A stretch of 53,134 bases of DNA from the IMG/VR virus record IMGVR_UViG_3300045825_000032, positions 1-53,134 of that record; one strand, given 5' to 3'. This DNA is from a virus (lineage: Duplodnaviria > Caudoviricetes). Each line of letters starts with the position of its first letter. Position 1 is the first letter of the stretch. Positions 1-9,687 of this stretch are shown one piece after another. Both the position numbers and the translations under genes were made by a program. Below the pieces are notes generated by a model. The model had not been told where the DNA came from, did no database searches, and was given only the letters and a program-made list of their open reading frames with translations.

Positions 1-127
1 CTACTGATGAGTTTGCATGGGATACTGCCCCAGAGTGGGATACTCCAGTAAAACAATCTAAAGCGGAACTAGCTAAACAATACATGGACTCTGCCAAACA
101 GGGTTCTATGGATTGGTCTAATAACCT
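1..127. repeat. Terminal overlap identical to 53008-53134 (circular assembly)
   Basis: The first 127 nt match the last 127 nt exactly, and the overlap lies inside a CDS. Confidence 0.97.
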
Positions 128-3100
128 TACTGGGGTTGCCGAGTCTGGATTATCTCTTGCTACTGGAGCTGGTAGTATGCTGACTGGTCTGGTTCCTGCG
201 GCTATGCAGAAACTAAACGACTCCTCTGTTGACTTTGAGAAGCAGTATGCTGCTAATATTGATAGAACCACCTATGAACCTAGAGAACAACTAGGTAAAG
301 ACCTTGTAGAGAAATCAGGTAAGTTTATTAATGATACTTTGGTCCCCGGTGTTATGGGTGCCCAAGGACTTCCGTATGTAAATACGGCTGCTGTTCCTCT
401 TCGTGCTGGATTGTCTGCCCTAGGTAAGAATCTACGTAAAGCTGGAGAAAAAGCACCCTCTAAGGTTGAGTCTGCTATCGCAGAACTCAATAGTAAAGAA
501 GAATCTAAAGTTGACCCTAACTTAGAGTTCTATAAACAAGAAGCAGAACGTAAACGTCAAGAGGCTCTTGGTATCATCCAAGTAGATCCTAATGGTATTG
601 CTCGTACTGCCGAACAGGAACGTAGTCAACCTAGGGTAGAGGAGAAAGCCACTAATGGCCCTGACGGGCAAATGGCTTTGTTTGATATTCCTGAAAACCT
701 TAGACAACCTACTAAGTATGAGGCTGTTCCGGGGGATTGGCGTGTTGATGAGAATGGTATTCCTATTAAGGCCGACCTTAGTATGGAAGCTCAGAACCTA
801 CAGGAACCCCTTCAAAGGAACCTGTGGGGGGATGAACTTGCTCCTAAACATGAGCAGGAAGCCCCTAGAGGCCTCACAGACGCGATTGATTCAATGGACT
901 GGGCACATAAGAGGGGTGCCCTTAAAAAGACGCTCCTAGGCCATGATTTAGAAGCTCCCGGTACTCTGGAAGCAGCTAAGATGGCAGCCGAGAACCAAGC
1001 TAATCGTAACCCTCATGGCAGTCCTCTCATTGAGATGAACTCTGGGATTAAGGTTAGCCGTGAAGCCATTGAAAAGCTTCGTTTCCTTCGTGATGAAATC
1101 CCTGTTACTACTGATAAGGGATATAAGCTCTCTATTGGGGAAGCTGGTCCTGTTAAACGTAATGAAGCTAATCAATGGTTGGTAGACAATACACATACTC
1201 CTACAGAGGGTGATAGAAGTCTAGTAGCCAAGGATATTCATGGACGTGTAGTTGCTTATGTTGATTTAAGTCATGTAGAAGGTAACACCTTTACTCCTAA
1301 GGATGTGAAGGTATCTGCTGAGGCACAACGTAAAGGGATTGCTACTGCTCTCTATAATGAAGCAGAACGTCGTGGCTGGACTATTAAAGAGTCTCCCTAC
1401 AAGACGGATGCTGGTAGTGCCTTCCGTAAAGGCTTTAATGCCAAACAAGGACAAGTCACTGAACTCAACTCTGGTTTAAAGCCTAGTTGGGGTCAAAAAG
1501 ATACCATAGAACCTCTGAAGGCTATCCCCGGTATCGGTAATAGGCTTCGTGAGGTTGGTCATGCTATGATTCAATCTCCTGAGGAAGCTATCAAGCTTGC
1601 CAAAGAACGGCCTGACGTTTCTCAAGGACTTATAGATAAGACCTTATCTTTAAATAACATGATGACCAAGGGAGGTACTTACCTAAAAGCTAAAGTTAAC
1701 AACCCAGTGGTTCACTATGTTGTGGATAAGTTCTTAGGTGCAGAGAATAGAGGTAAGGCTGAGATTGCGGACAAGGTACATCAAACCTACCTTCCTACTC
1801 TCCGTGACCTCTCCGGTAAAGAGCGTACAGAAGTGTTCACTCTGTTGAATGCTGCGGACTTAAACAAGAAGACTATTACTCCTGAACTTATGAATAAATG
1901 GGGTCTTTCTGACAAACAGAAAGCCTTTATTACTCTTCATAACGAGAGGATGGCTGATGTATTGGGTAAGATTAACTCTGCCCGTGAAGCTGTAGGGAAA
2001 AAGCCTATCGAGGCTCGTGAAGCCTACTCTGCCATGAATATGACAGGTGACTATCGTAAGGTAGTTAAAGTAGGAGAACAGGTAGTAGGTGTGATTGGTT
2101 CTAACTCCATGACCTTTGGAAAGAACTCTCTAAAGAATCTTGAAAAGAATCTGAAGGAGAAGAACCCAACCTATGAGTTTGGTCCCTTAGTCAAAGCTAA
2201 TGAAACTACCCGTACTAAAGGTAGTCCACATGAAGCCTTTATGGATGTATTGAAGACTCTTGGTGAGGATAATCCCCACATGAAAGAGTTCCTGAATACT
2301 CTAGCTGAGGTTGCTAAAGATGATGCCTCTAACTATATGGGTATGCAGAAGCATACTCTGACTAAGAAGGGTGTCTTTGGTATGGAAGGACGGAAAGAGT
2401 GGCTGTCCCCCGAAGAGAATGCTAAACAGTTCTTTGAGAACCAAGTCCGCTATATGGAGAATGCCTATAATTGGGCACACATTACCGAAGCAGCTAAGGA
2501 TGTAAATAAAGTCCTTCGTGATAAGGATGTAATTGATAAGCAGCCTAAAGCTATTAAGATGGGTGAAGACTACATGGCTAATGCCATCGGTCTTAATACC
2601 AGTAAAGTAGGTAAGGCTATGAATACTCTTATTCATACTCCTTTAGAGTTGCTTGGATATGGTCCCTCAGTAGGTAGAGAGGGTGTTAGTTTAGCTCGTA
2701 AGACGGCTAATACTATGGTCCTGTCTCTGAATCCATTCTTCTTAGCTATTAACATAATGCAACCTATGGCAGCTATGCCGGGGTTGAGTTCGATGCTCAG
2801 GAGTGTTGGGGGTAGTAAATCCCTTACCTTTGGTATTGGGGATATGACTAAGGCTGCTTGGACTCTAACTAAACCTAAATCTATGCTTTCTGGCTTAGAG
2901 AAGGGTGCTTTAGACTATGCTAAAGACAACCATATATATTCTACTGATATGGTGGAACACGCTAATCAAGTGGAGAAAGGTACTCGTTACTATGGTACTA
3001 AGGTCCTACAAGGGCCTGCGGCTATGGTGGAACAGGCTACCCGTGCCCAGATGTATATGGGTCTAGTCCATATGCTAGACAGTGCAGGTATTACTCCTAA

Positions 3101-4127
3101 AGCTGGATTGTATGAACAAGCCCATCGGTTTACCGACATGGCTATGAACAACTATGCAGCTATTGAGAAGCCCCCTATCTATAATGCCCTAGGGGATGCA
3201 GGTAGTATGGCCTATAATTTAAAGAGTTATGGACATAATGAGATTTCTCGTTGGGCTTTGTATGCTCGTGAGTTAGGTGAACATGGAAATGCCAAACCTA
3301 TCCTGACCCAAATGGCGACTACAATTGCCTTGGCAGGGGTTATGGGGCTTCCCTTCTTCTCTCAATGGGATGATTTGTATAGTTACATTACTAAGAAACT
3401 AGGTTCTCCTAGGTCCCTTAGTTTGGATACTATTGCTATGTCTGAGAAAGTAGGTAAGCATCTAGGCCCTAAAGGAGCCTATGCTCTGTCTAATGGCTTA
3501 TTCTCTATTGCTGGTGCTGATATGTCTAAACGTGTTGGCCTAGGTGATGTGGTCCCTAGCCATGTATCTGATGCTGCTTTCGCTGGCGCAGGTAAGCTAG
3601 GAAGTGCTGTGAAGGCTGGAGTTGGTGCTGTGATGGACCCATCCAATCCTGATAAGTGGAAAGCTTTGGGATACAACGTGGCTCCTCAAGTTGCCCAAGG
3701 ACCTATGGATGTGAGTATGTACCAGAAGAATGGTCTTGCTTATAGTAAAGACCCTGAGAATATCCATCCTGTAGCTAAACGTAATGATACCGATATTCTC
3801 ATGAAGAAGATTGGTCTTACAGGGATAAATGAGTCAGTCCAAAAGACTAAGAACTATGAGAACTCCCAAATTACTAAAGCTATTATGGAGTATCGTACTC
3901 AAGGGTTACATCAGATTGCTCAAGACTTGTTTAACAACAGGCCAATCAATCCTAAAGCAATTGAACGCTACTTTAAGAATGGTCAGGGGGATGGTAAATC
4001 CTTTGAAATGGACCTACAAAACCTAGCTCAGAAGCAGAACATGGACCCACGTACTTACCAAGTTATCAGGGATGCTGCCTCACAGCGTATTCCCCAAGTT
4101 AGGGAACTGCAAAGGATTACACAATGA
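84..4127 (+). CDS. Large internal virion/ejection (polyvalent) protein with a GNAT domain; true start is ATG 52980 across the junction (about 1384 aa)
   Basis: The frame is open across the junction (MADFDWDKPATDEFAWD...KQY-MDSAK). It contains GNAT motif A (VSAEAQRKGIATALY) and is the last and largest of the post-tail genes. Confidence 0.7.
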   Translation: MDSAKQGSMDWSNNLTGVAESGLSLATGAGSMLTGLVPAAMQKLNDSSVDFEKQYAANIDRTTYEPREQLGKDLVEKSGKFINDTLVPGVMGAQGLPYVNTAAVPLRAGLSALGKNLRKAGEKAPSKVESAIAELNSKEESKVDPNLEFYKQEAERKRQEALGIIQVDPNGIARTAEQERSQPRVEEKATNGPDGQMALFDIPENLRQPTKYEAVPGDWRVDENGIPIKADLSMEAQNLQEPLQRNLWGDELAPKHEQEAPRGLTDAIDSMDWAHKRGALKKTLLGHDLEAPGTLEAAKMAAENQANRNPHGSPLIEMNSGIKVSREAIEKLRFLRDEIPVTTDKGYKLSIGEAGPVKRNEANQWLVDNTHTPTEGDRSLVAKDIHGRVVAYVDLSHVEGNTFTPKDVKVSAEAQRKGIATALYNEAERRGWTIKESPYKTDAGSAFRKGFNAKQGQVTELNSGLKPSWGQKDTIEPLKAIPGIGNRLREVGHAMIQSPEEAIKLAKERPDVSQGLIDKTLSLNNMMTKGGTYLKAKVNNPVVHYVVDKFLGAENRGKAEIADKVHQTYLPTLRDLSGKERTEVFTLLNAADLNKKTITPELMNKWGLSDKQKAFITLHNERMADVLGKINSAREAVGKKPIEAREAYSAMNMTGDYRKVVKVGEQVVGVIGSNSMTFGKNSLKNLEKNLKEKNPTYEFGPLVKANETTRTKGSPHEAFMDVLKTLGEDNPHMKEFLNTLAEVAKDDASNYMGMQKHTLTKKGVFGMEGRKEWLSPEENAKQFFENQVRYMENAYNWAHITEAAKDVNKVLRDKDVIDKQPKAIKMGEDYMANAIGLNTSKVGKAMNTLIHTPLELLGYGPSVGREGVSLARKTANTMVLSLNPFFLAINIMQPMAAMPGLSSMLRSVGGSKSLTFGIGDMTKAAWTLTKPKSMLSGLEKGALDYAKDNHIYSTDMVEHANQVEKGTRYYGTKVLQGPAAMVEQATRAQMYMGLVHMLDSAGITPKAGLYEQAHRFTDMAMNNYAAIEKPPIYNALGDAGSMAYNLKSYGHNEISRWALYARELGEHGNAKPILTQMATTIALAGVMGLPFFSQWDDLYSYITKKLGSPRSLSLDTIAMSEKVGKHLGPKGAYALSNGLFSIAGADMSKRVGLGDVVPSHVSDAAFAGAGKLGSAVKAGVGAVMDPSNPDKWKALGYNVAPQVAQGPMDVSMYQKNGLAYSKDPENIHPVAKRNDTDILMKKIGLTGINESVQKTKNYENSQITKAIMEYRTQGLHQIAQDLFNNRPINPKAIERYFKNGQGDGKSFEMDLQNLAQKQNMDPRTYQVIRDAASQRIPQVRELQRITQ

Positions 4128-4564
4128 ACATATCAGACAAAGGAATTAAGTTCCTTAAATATGTAGAAGGTGTAGAGCATAAAGCCTATATTGATAGTGG
4201 GGGTGTTGCTACTATTGGGGTCGGTCATACAGGTCCTGAGGTAAAACTCGGGCTTGTGTGGTCTGACCAACAGATAGAAGACTCCTTGAAGAAAGACTTG
4301 AAATGGGCAGAGGATGCTGTCAATGGTGATGTGGCTTGCCCCCTAAACCAAAACCAGTATGATGCCCTTGTCAGCTTTGTATTCAATGTTGGAGTTCATG
4401 CCTTTGAGCAATCCACTCTATTGAAACTCCTGAATATAGGAGATACTGATGGAGCCATGCACCAATTCATGCGTTGGAATATGGATAATGGTCATGTTGT
4501 CGCTGGTCTTACTAAACGTAGGGGAGCAGAGGTAGCTCTATTCAACGGTACTTGGAGTACCTAA
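4124..4564 (+). CDS. Endolysin, GH24 lysozyme
   Basis: EG...AYIDSGGVATIGVGHT, QNQYDALVSFVFNVG and GLTKRR motifs. Confidence 0.93.
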   Translation: MNISDKGIKFLKYVEGVEHKAYIDSGGVATIGVGHTGPEVKLGLVWSDQQIEDSLKKDLKWAEDAVNGDVACPLNQNQYDALVSFVFNVGVHAFEQSTLLKLLNIGDTDGAMHQFMRWNMDNGHVVAGLTKRRGAEVALFNGTWST

Positions 4565-5148
4565 TGGATGACAACCTTCAACAGATTATTGATAAGGCTA
4601 ATGCCAATCCTGACTATCGTGCTTTAGTTGATTATCTCAGTACTAGGAAACAAATGCCTAGTATGGCTGTAGAAGACTTAGCTGGAGGTTTGGGGATGTA
4701 TCGTCCGCAAACTAACCATGTGGTCTTAGACAGAACTAGGGGAATGACTCCCGAAAATCTACTACATGAAACTACTCATTCGGCATATAAAAATATGTCA
4801 GACCAATACCTTGAACTTCATAAGAAACCAAATAAGACTCCTTATGAATCTCAATTTGTTGATAGTTATGAGAAGATGAATGGAGAGGGAAATAGGGAAA
4901 TGACTTCTCCTCAGTGGTATGACCAGCAAAGAGACTATAGGGTAAAACCTACAGAAGAGTATGCTCATGGAGTGCAGAATGCTAATTATCCACCGGGACC
5001 TATTCCGTATGAGGCAACTAATGTGGGATGGAGAGCACCGGGAGGGCATTTAGACCCTACCAAGGCTAGTGAGATTATGATGTTAATGGAACAAGCTAAA
5101 CGAGCACAAAGTCCTCCGGGATTCCTTCAACGATTATTCAGTAGATAA
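4564..5148 (+). CDS. Putative zinc metallopeptidase-like protein
   Basis: LLHETTH (HExxH) with a downstream EEYA. The ATG at 4564 overlaps the lysozyme stop. Confidence 0.55.
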   Translation: MDDNLQQIIDKANANPDYRALVDYLSTRKQMPSMAVEDLAGGLGMYRPQTNHVVLDRTRGMTPENLLHETTHSAYKNMSDQYLELHKKPNKTPYESQFVDSYEKMNGEGNREMTSPQWYDQQRDYRVKPTEEYAHGVQNANYPPGPIPYEATNVGWRAPGGHLDPTKASEIMMLMEQAKRAQSPPGFLQRLFSR

Positions 5149-5186
5149 AAGAAAAGCCCCAAGGATTGCTCCAAGGGGCTTTTTTT
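5147..5186. terminator. Bidirectional intrinsic terminator between the convergent arms
   Basis: AAAAGCCCC...GGGGCTTTT hairpin with an A-tract and a T-tract on either side. Confidence 0.9.
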
Positions 5187-5328
5187 ATGTCGCTAGTTTA
5201 TACAAACCGATGTTAGAGACTGCATAACCTAAGAAAGTGATTCCCATTGCTAGGTTACCCCTCCAAGATTGTTCAATTCCAATACACAGGTAGATGAGTC
5301 CTACGAAGGCAATAAGCCATCCACTCAT
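5185..5328 (-). CDS. Small membrane protein (47 aa, not in the ORF track)
   Basis: MSGWLIAFVGLIYLCIG...GYAVSNIGLYKLAT has two hydrophobic segments and an ATGA overlap with the upstream gene. Confidence 0.7.
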   Translation of the reverse strand: MSGWLIAFVGLIYLCIGIEQSWRGNLAMGITFLGYAVSNIGLYKLAT

Positions 5329-5780
5329 TTAATCTTATAGGTCTTTACACCCATACCTGTATAAGTGTCCTTCTTACTAGCAATCTTAATGGCTTCCGTG
5401 GGGGTGGCTCCTGCCATCATAGCCCCCATAGCAATACCCTGACCACTACCAATAGCTCCAAAAGGTTCATTTACTTTAAGCCACTTATCATAGCTGTCAA
5501 AGGTAAAGATTTCCCCTTCTTCAGTTAGTACCAAACCAATAAGTCCTTTTACTTTTGGTGGTTTATCAAATTGATGGGGCCTACTAAAGAATTCTGCTGT
5601 TACAATAATGTCTTGGGCAGTCCCAGCAAACCCCACATAGAAGTCACAGTGCGGATAGGTATCCTTATGCTTCTCGAATTTGTAGACTTTAGGGGAGCCT
5701 TTAAATTTACTGGCATTATTCATATCAGTATATTGAAGGTCCCCTGCAATCTCCTGTTTGTTACAAGCAATAGTAGTCAT
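5325..5780 (-). CDS. HslV/proteasome-beta-like Ntn peptidase
   Basis: N-terminal MTTIA, then AGD, K, GFAG and AIGSG motifs. The ATG at 5780 abuts the RNR stop. Confidence 0.7.
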   Translation of the reverse strand: MTTIACNKQEIAGDLQYTDMNNASKFKGSPKVYKFEKHKDTYPHCDFYVGFAGTAQDIIVTAEFFSRPHQFDKPPKVKGLIGLVLTEEGEIFTFDSYDKWLKVNEPFGAIGSGQGIAMGAMMAGATPTEAIKIASKKDTYTGMGVKTYKIK

Positions 5781-7513
5781 TAGACTCCACAAGACCCACC
5801 ATGACCCGTAATATCACAAACATCATGTTCTTCAAATACAGTTCCTTTATGTGTTAGGGCTTCTCCATAGTCACACTCGGTAATGGGTTGACCTCCTCGA
5901 CTTCCATCTGGATAGCAGGTGAAACCTCGCAACCTAGGAGCGTACTTAGCGAGAGTGTTTGCAAAGAGTTCAACATCAGACTCTTTGTTTCCTTTACTCC
6001 CCCAACTAGGTAGGTTGATGGTTGAACTAATTGACATATCAACGTAATCCTGTATGTCGGCCTGAAACTTGATTCGTCGTTCATAATCATGACTTAGTTT
6101 GTAGGCGGTGTCAATGGAGCTTGGGTCGATTCCGTACTCTTTAATAAGTCTGTCGGCTGTCGCATCCACAACATAGGAGTATTTCCACTTTGTTCCTTCA
6201 GTGAGAAATCTACGTTTATATGCGACGGCAAACAAAGGCTCAATACCAGTTGTAGTAGAAGCAAGAATCCCAATAGTACCAGTAGGGGCAATAGCCCGAT
6301 AAGCCACAGGACGAGATATAAAAAACCTATCACAGTGCTCATCAGCCGCACGCTTAGATTCATCACGATATACCTTTAACCATTCGTGGAGTTCTGGGGT
6401 GACTTCATACTTTGCTCCTCGTTGTAGCAACCATTCATGAATACCCATAAGTCCAAGACCGAGCCGTCGATTCTTTTCACGGACACGATATACCTTTTCG
6501 TAAGGTAAGTCAGCGCGAAGGGTTCCACATACGAGGAATTTGCTTGCGAGGCTAACGACACTTTTGAAATCTTCCAAACTCGAAATATTACCAAGATTGA
6601 TAGACCCAAGATTACAAACGTCGCTGTCGTCTTCGCTCGTAACCTCTGTACAAGCATTTCTAAGTGTTTCATTCTGTTTATCTCCAAAGTTAAAGCTAAA
6701 GCCCGGCTCACCTGTCTCCATCGCCTGTCGAACATTCTGTAGGAAGATTGGGTTTTCTGCAAGGGTATTAACTTGCTTAAAGAAGAACTCTTTATTTATT
6801 TTATTTAGTTCTTCATGACTACCAGCTACTTTATATTCTTTATAGGAATACCCCTCTCCTAACAAGGCAGCATCATCATAATTGACACTAATGTTAGTCA
6901 TGTCCAACGGAGCAGGGAAGTTAAAGTCTTTCTCTTTCTGTTCCTTTATGAATTGGGACCAATTTTTGACTTTAAGGAATTCTGGAATATCTTCATGTTG
7001 CCAGTTAAGGCTTGCGTAGATTGCCGAGCGACGACTCCCACCTTGCATAACATTTCTACCAATTTCATTGATTGCTGACATGAGAGGGAGTGGCCCCGAA
7101 GCAATACCTCCAGTTCGTGACAGAGCCTTTCCAGCCGGGCGAAGTCGTGAGTAGTCAATTCCAATTCCGCCTCCAGTCATTAAACAAGACATAGCTCGCC
7201 ATGTTACATTACTCCATTCTTCTCGTGTGTCCTCTTCTGCTCTCAATAAATAGCAATTATTGAAGGCGTGATAAGGTCTACCAGCATAGTATAAATAACG
7301 TCCACCAGCAATGAAAGCCATTTCTTTCATATACTGAAGGAGCTGGTGTCTATCCCCCTCATTCATTAAAGCAGGAAGAGTCCCTCCTCTTGTTCCACAT
7401 ACATCATCTACTACTCGTTCACAAAGCGCGTCCCATGTATCGTTAGCACCTTGGGCATATTTGTTCCTAAAAATTGTGTCTGCAAATTCTGTTTTAAATC
7501 TATTTACTATCAT
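5780..7513 (-). CDS. nrdJ: Class II (adenosylcobalamin-dependent) ribonucleotide reductase
   Basis: NNC, NACTE, CNLGS and APTGT motifs with C-terminal cysteines. No beta subunit or activase was recognised in the genome. Confidence 0.85.
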   Translation of the reverse strand: MIVNRFKTEFADTIFRNKYAQGANDTWDALCERVVDDVCGTRGGTLPALMNEGDRHQLLQYMKEMAFIAGGRYLYYAGRPYHAFNNCYLLRAEEDTREEWSNVTWRAMSCLMTGGGIGIDYSRLRPAGKALSRTGGIASGPLPLMSAINEIGRNVMQGGSRRSAIYASLNWQHEDIPEFLKVKNWSQFIKEQKEKDFNFPAPLDMTNISVNYDDAALLGEGYSYKEYKVAGSHEELNKINKEFFFKQVNTLAENPIFLQNVRQAMETGEPGFSFNFGDKQNETLRNACTEVTSEDDSDVCNLGSINLGNISSLEDFKSVVSLASKFLVCGTLRADLPYEKVYRVREKNRRLGLGLMGIHEWLLQRGAKYEVTPELHEWLKVYRDESKRAADEHCDRFFISRPVAYRAIAPTGTIGILASTTTGIEPLFAVAYKRRFLTEGTKWKYSYVVDATADRLIKEYGIDPSSIDTAYKLSHDYERRIKFQADIQDYVDMSISSTINLPSWGSKGNKESDVELFANTLAKYAPRLRGFTCYPDGSRGGQPITECDYGEALTHKGTVFEEHDVCDITGHGGSCGV

Positions 7514-7638
7514 TCAGTCTTTTTAATTCTTCTTTAAGTTGTTCTTCTGCCTCAAGTTCCTCTTGCTTCCGTTTACGGTAATGAATTCCCTCTTTATGGG
7601 GATGCCGTACTTCTTGCAATAGGTCTTGGGGCTTCTTA

Positions 7639-7791
7639 TTATTCTTTGAGGTAGTCATGGATGTACTGGAAGCGTTCTTTAATCTTGTCTGGGAAGGCAT
7701 CAATTAAATCATCTGCCTCAATATCCAGTAATTCCAAGAGAGTTACTTCATCTACTTTCCTCAATTCTTCGATTAGGTCAATTAGTCCCAT
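7639..7791 (-). CDS. Small acidic protein (50 aa, not in the ORF track)
   Basis: MGLIDLIEELRKVDEVTLLELLDIEADDLIDAF... fills the gap between operon genes. Confidence 0.65.
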   Translation of the reverse strand: MGLIDLIEELRKVDEVTLLELLDIEADDLIDAFPDKIKERFQYIHDYLKE

Positions 7792-8326
7792 ATTGTTTTT
7801 GTAGTTCGTAATACCTATCCAGAAAGACTTCTTTTGCAGTAGCAGGAGCCATCCCGATAGGTTTAAAGTTGTGTTGTATTTGGGGACGTTTCCGGTCAGT
7901 CCATAGGTCCCAAGTATTCCCTTTGGACTTCATAAGGTAGTGAGCTTCTGTACTGAGCATGGTTAAGTCTAATTGCTTAATCAAAGGATTCAGTGGATAA
8001 TCAAATCCATATCTACTGGCAATCCGTGTCATAAGCATATCCTCTAGCTCTACATAATCCATCAAATGCTGCTTGATAGGAGAGGCTATGTCAGTAATAT
8101 AAGCTTCACTAGCATCATGGAGTAGGGCAGCTAGTTCAAAGCCCTCTGGGGCCATTCTAGACATATGCCAGCTATGTTCTGCCACACTATAGAACCTAGA
8201 ACAATGCCCGGTGTACCTACAGTTCATGGCGAGAGCATGAGCAATATCCTCAATATCAAAGTCCTCTGGTCTGGGCTTTAGGAAGTAAAACTTCCGCCCA
8301 GATACAGTCTCAATATAGGAGTCCAT
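7778..8326 (-). CDS. HD-domain 5'-deoxynucleotidase (YfbR/YfdR-like)
   Basis: DIAHAL..CRY.GH, YSVAEHS and LLHDASEAY.D motifs. Confidence 0.85.
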   Translation of the reverse strand: MDSYIETVSGRKFYFLKPRPEDFDIEDIAHALAMNCRYTGHCSRFYSVAEHSWHMSRMAPEGFELAALLHDASEAYITDIASPIKQHLMDYVELEDMLMTRIASRYGFDYPLNPLIKQLDLTMLSTEAHYLMKSKGNTWDLWTDRKRPQIQHNFKPIGMAPATAKEVFLDRYYELQKQYGTN

Positions 8327-8739
8327 TAGAATGGAGGAAGCCCACACTCAGCACCGCAAGCAGCATATCCTGCTAAGTCTACCCAACTATCACGATGGGC
8401 AGGGCTATTCTTTAGCCTTGCAATTTTGAGTAAAGCCAGCATAATAGCCACATCAGTAGGACGATATACAGTACCAAAGTAACTGCCCCAAAGCTTTGCG
8501 ATTGTTTCAAAGGATTGCTCTGGACCCCCATAGGTGTTGGCTCGTTCTCCATTTACAATCTTACTAGCCTCATCCAACACCTCTGCCCTAGTGTTTTTAG
8601 GTTGTTTAAATCCATCCGATTTATAATCTTTAATATCTGTTTCTGAAATCATAATCCACTCTCCGGGTTTAGGGTTATTCCATGCGTTTATAATATTAGC
8701 TTCCTGAATTTCCATTAATCTTTTTTTAACTTGCCCCAT
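8326..8739 (-). CDS. DUF6378-like protein (possible nucleotide pyrophosphohydrolase)
   Basis: R...YG.P..SF..IA.LW, LKIAR and DSWVDLAGY pattern. Confidence 0.65.
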   Translation of the reverse strand: MGQVKKRLMEIQEANIINAWNNPKPGEWIMISETDIKDYKSDGFKQPKNTRAEVLDEASKIVNGERANTYGGPEQSFETIAKLWGSYFGTVYRPTDVAIMLALLKIARLKNSPAHRDSWVDLAGYAACGAECGLPPF

Positions 8740-9496
8740 ACCGTTCCTTTAGAAACTTCATAGATACTGGCATCAATTCAAATTCACCATCATATACATC
8801 ATGAGCTACTAGGAATCCACGCCAATGTTTGTTTCCTTGGGGTCCTAGATAATCTTCATCATGTTCATAAAATGAACCACAGATAACAGAGGTAATTAAA
8901 CCACCATCAGCTTTGTATCCTGTAGCAATCTGGAGTCCTTGTTGATGCCCTGCAATACAGGACTGATGCTTCTTGTTTAATTGAGCACTAGCAGAACTAG
9001 CAGGACGACCAGCAACACCGGTAACGAAGTAATGGCTGTACGCAACACCATCAATGATAACCACTTTAAGAAAGTCATGAACTTCCCACCCCATCTCTTC
9101 ATATTTTAAATCTTTTATTGAGAGAACACCATCCAACTTAGGGTCATCATTTACTGCTCGATTGATTCGATTCTCATGATTGCCTAAGGTCATTACCATT
9201 CTGGGTTTGTACTGCTTCTCTTTATTCCTTTGGGCACGAGCATTAAATGTGTTAATAGGCCATAACATAGTTTTCATAGCCTCATTTGCCGCATCAATGT
9301 CTAGTTTATACCTACGCCCCTCAAAGGACTTCTTACCTACATCATAAGAAGACAAAGAAGGCATATCAGCAAAGTCTCCAATACAGATAATTACTTCTGG
9401 CTGTTTCTTCACCAAATATCGCCCAAGAGCAGTAAGATATTCTGTATTATCCCCTGCTCTAATCTGTGTGTCAGGAATTACAACGTGGCTTGTCAT
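8726..9496 (-). CDS. Calcineurin-like metallophosphoesterase
   Basis: PD, GDFAD, GNHE, SH and GH motifs. Confidence 0.85.
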   Translation of the reverse strand: MTSHVVIPDTQIRAGDNTEYLTALGRYLVKKQPEVIICIGDFADMPSLSSYDVGKKSFEGRRYKLDIDAANEAMKTMLWPINTFNARAQRNKEKQYKPRMVMTLGNHENRINRAVNDDPKLDGVLSIKDLKYEEMGWEVHDFLKVVIIDGVAYSHYFVTGVAGRPASSASAQLNKKHQSCIAGHQQGLQIATGYKADGGLITSVICGSFYEHDEDYLGPQGNKHWRGFLVAHDVYDGEFELMPVSMKFLKERYGAS

Positions 9497-9687
9497 TGTG
9501 TCATGGGGGCCTGTGGAGATACAATACCTAATTCCTCATCAGATTTACCTGTGAACAACGGCATCACTCCGTTAGCCATAAGAAAGTTAATCCCTACGTT
9601 GAGGACTAGCTCAACCTCTTGCTTATTGAGAGTACCTTCAAAGGTAACATTCCCATCAGCATCTTCAGTCTTTACTTGAATTTTCAT
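9493..9687 (-). CDS. Hypothetical protein
   Basis: ORF overlaps both neighbours within the operon. Confidence 0.6.
   Translation of the reverse strand: MKIQVKTEDADGNVTFEGTLNKQEVELVLNVGINFLMANGVMPLFTGKSDEELGIVSPQAPMTQ

Noticed and set aside
7778-8739. Z-genome (2-aminoadenine) pathway
   Set aside because: An HD hydrolase is present but no PurZ homologue was recognised.
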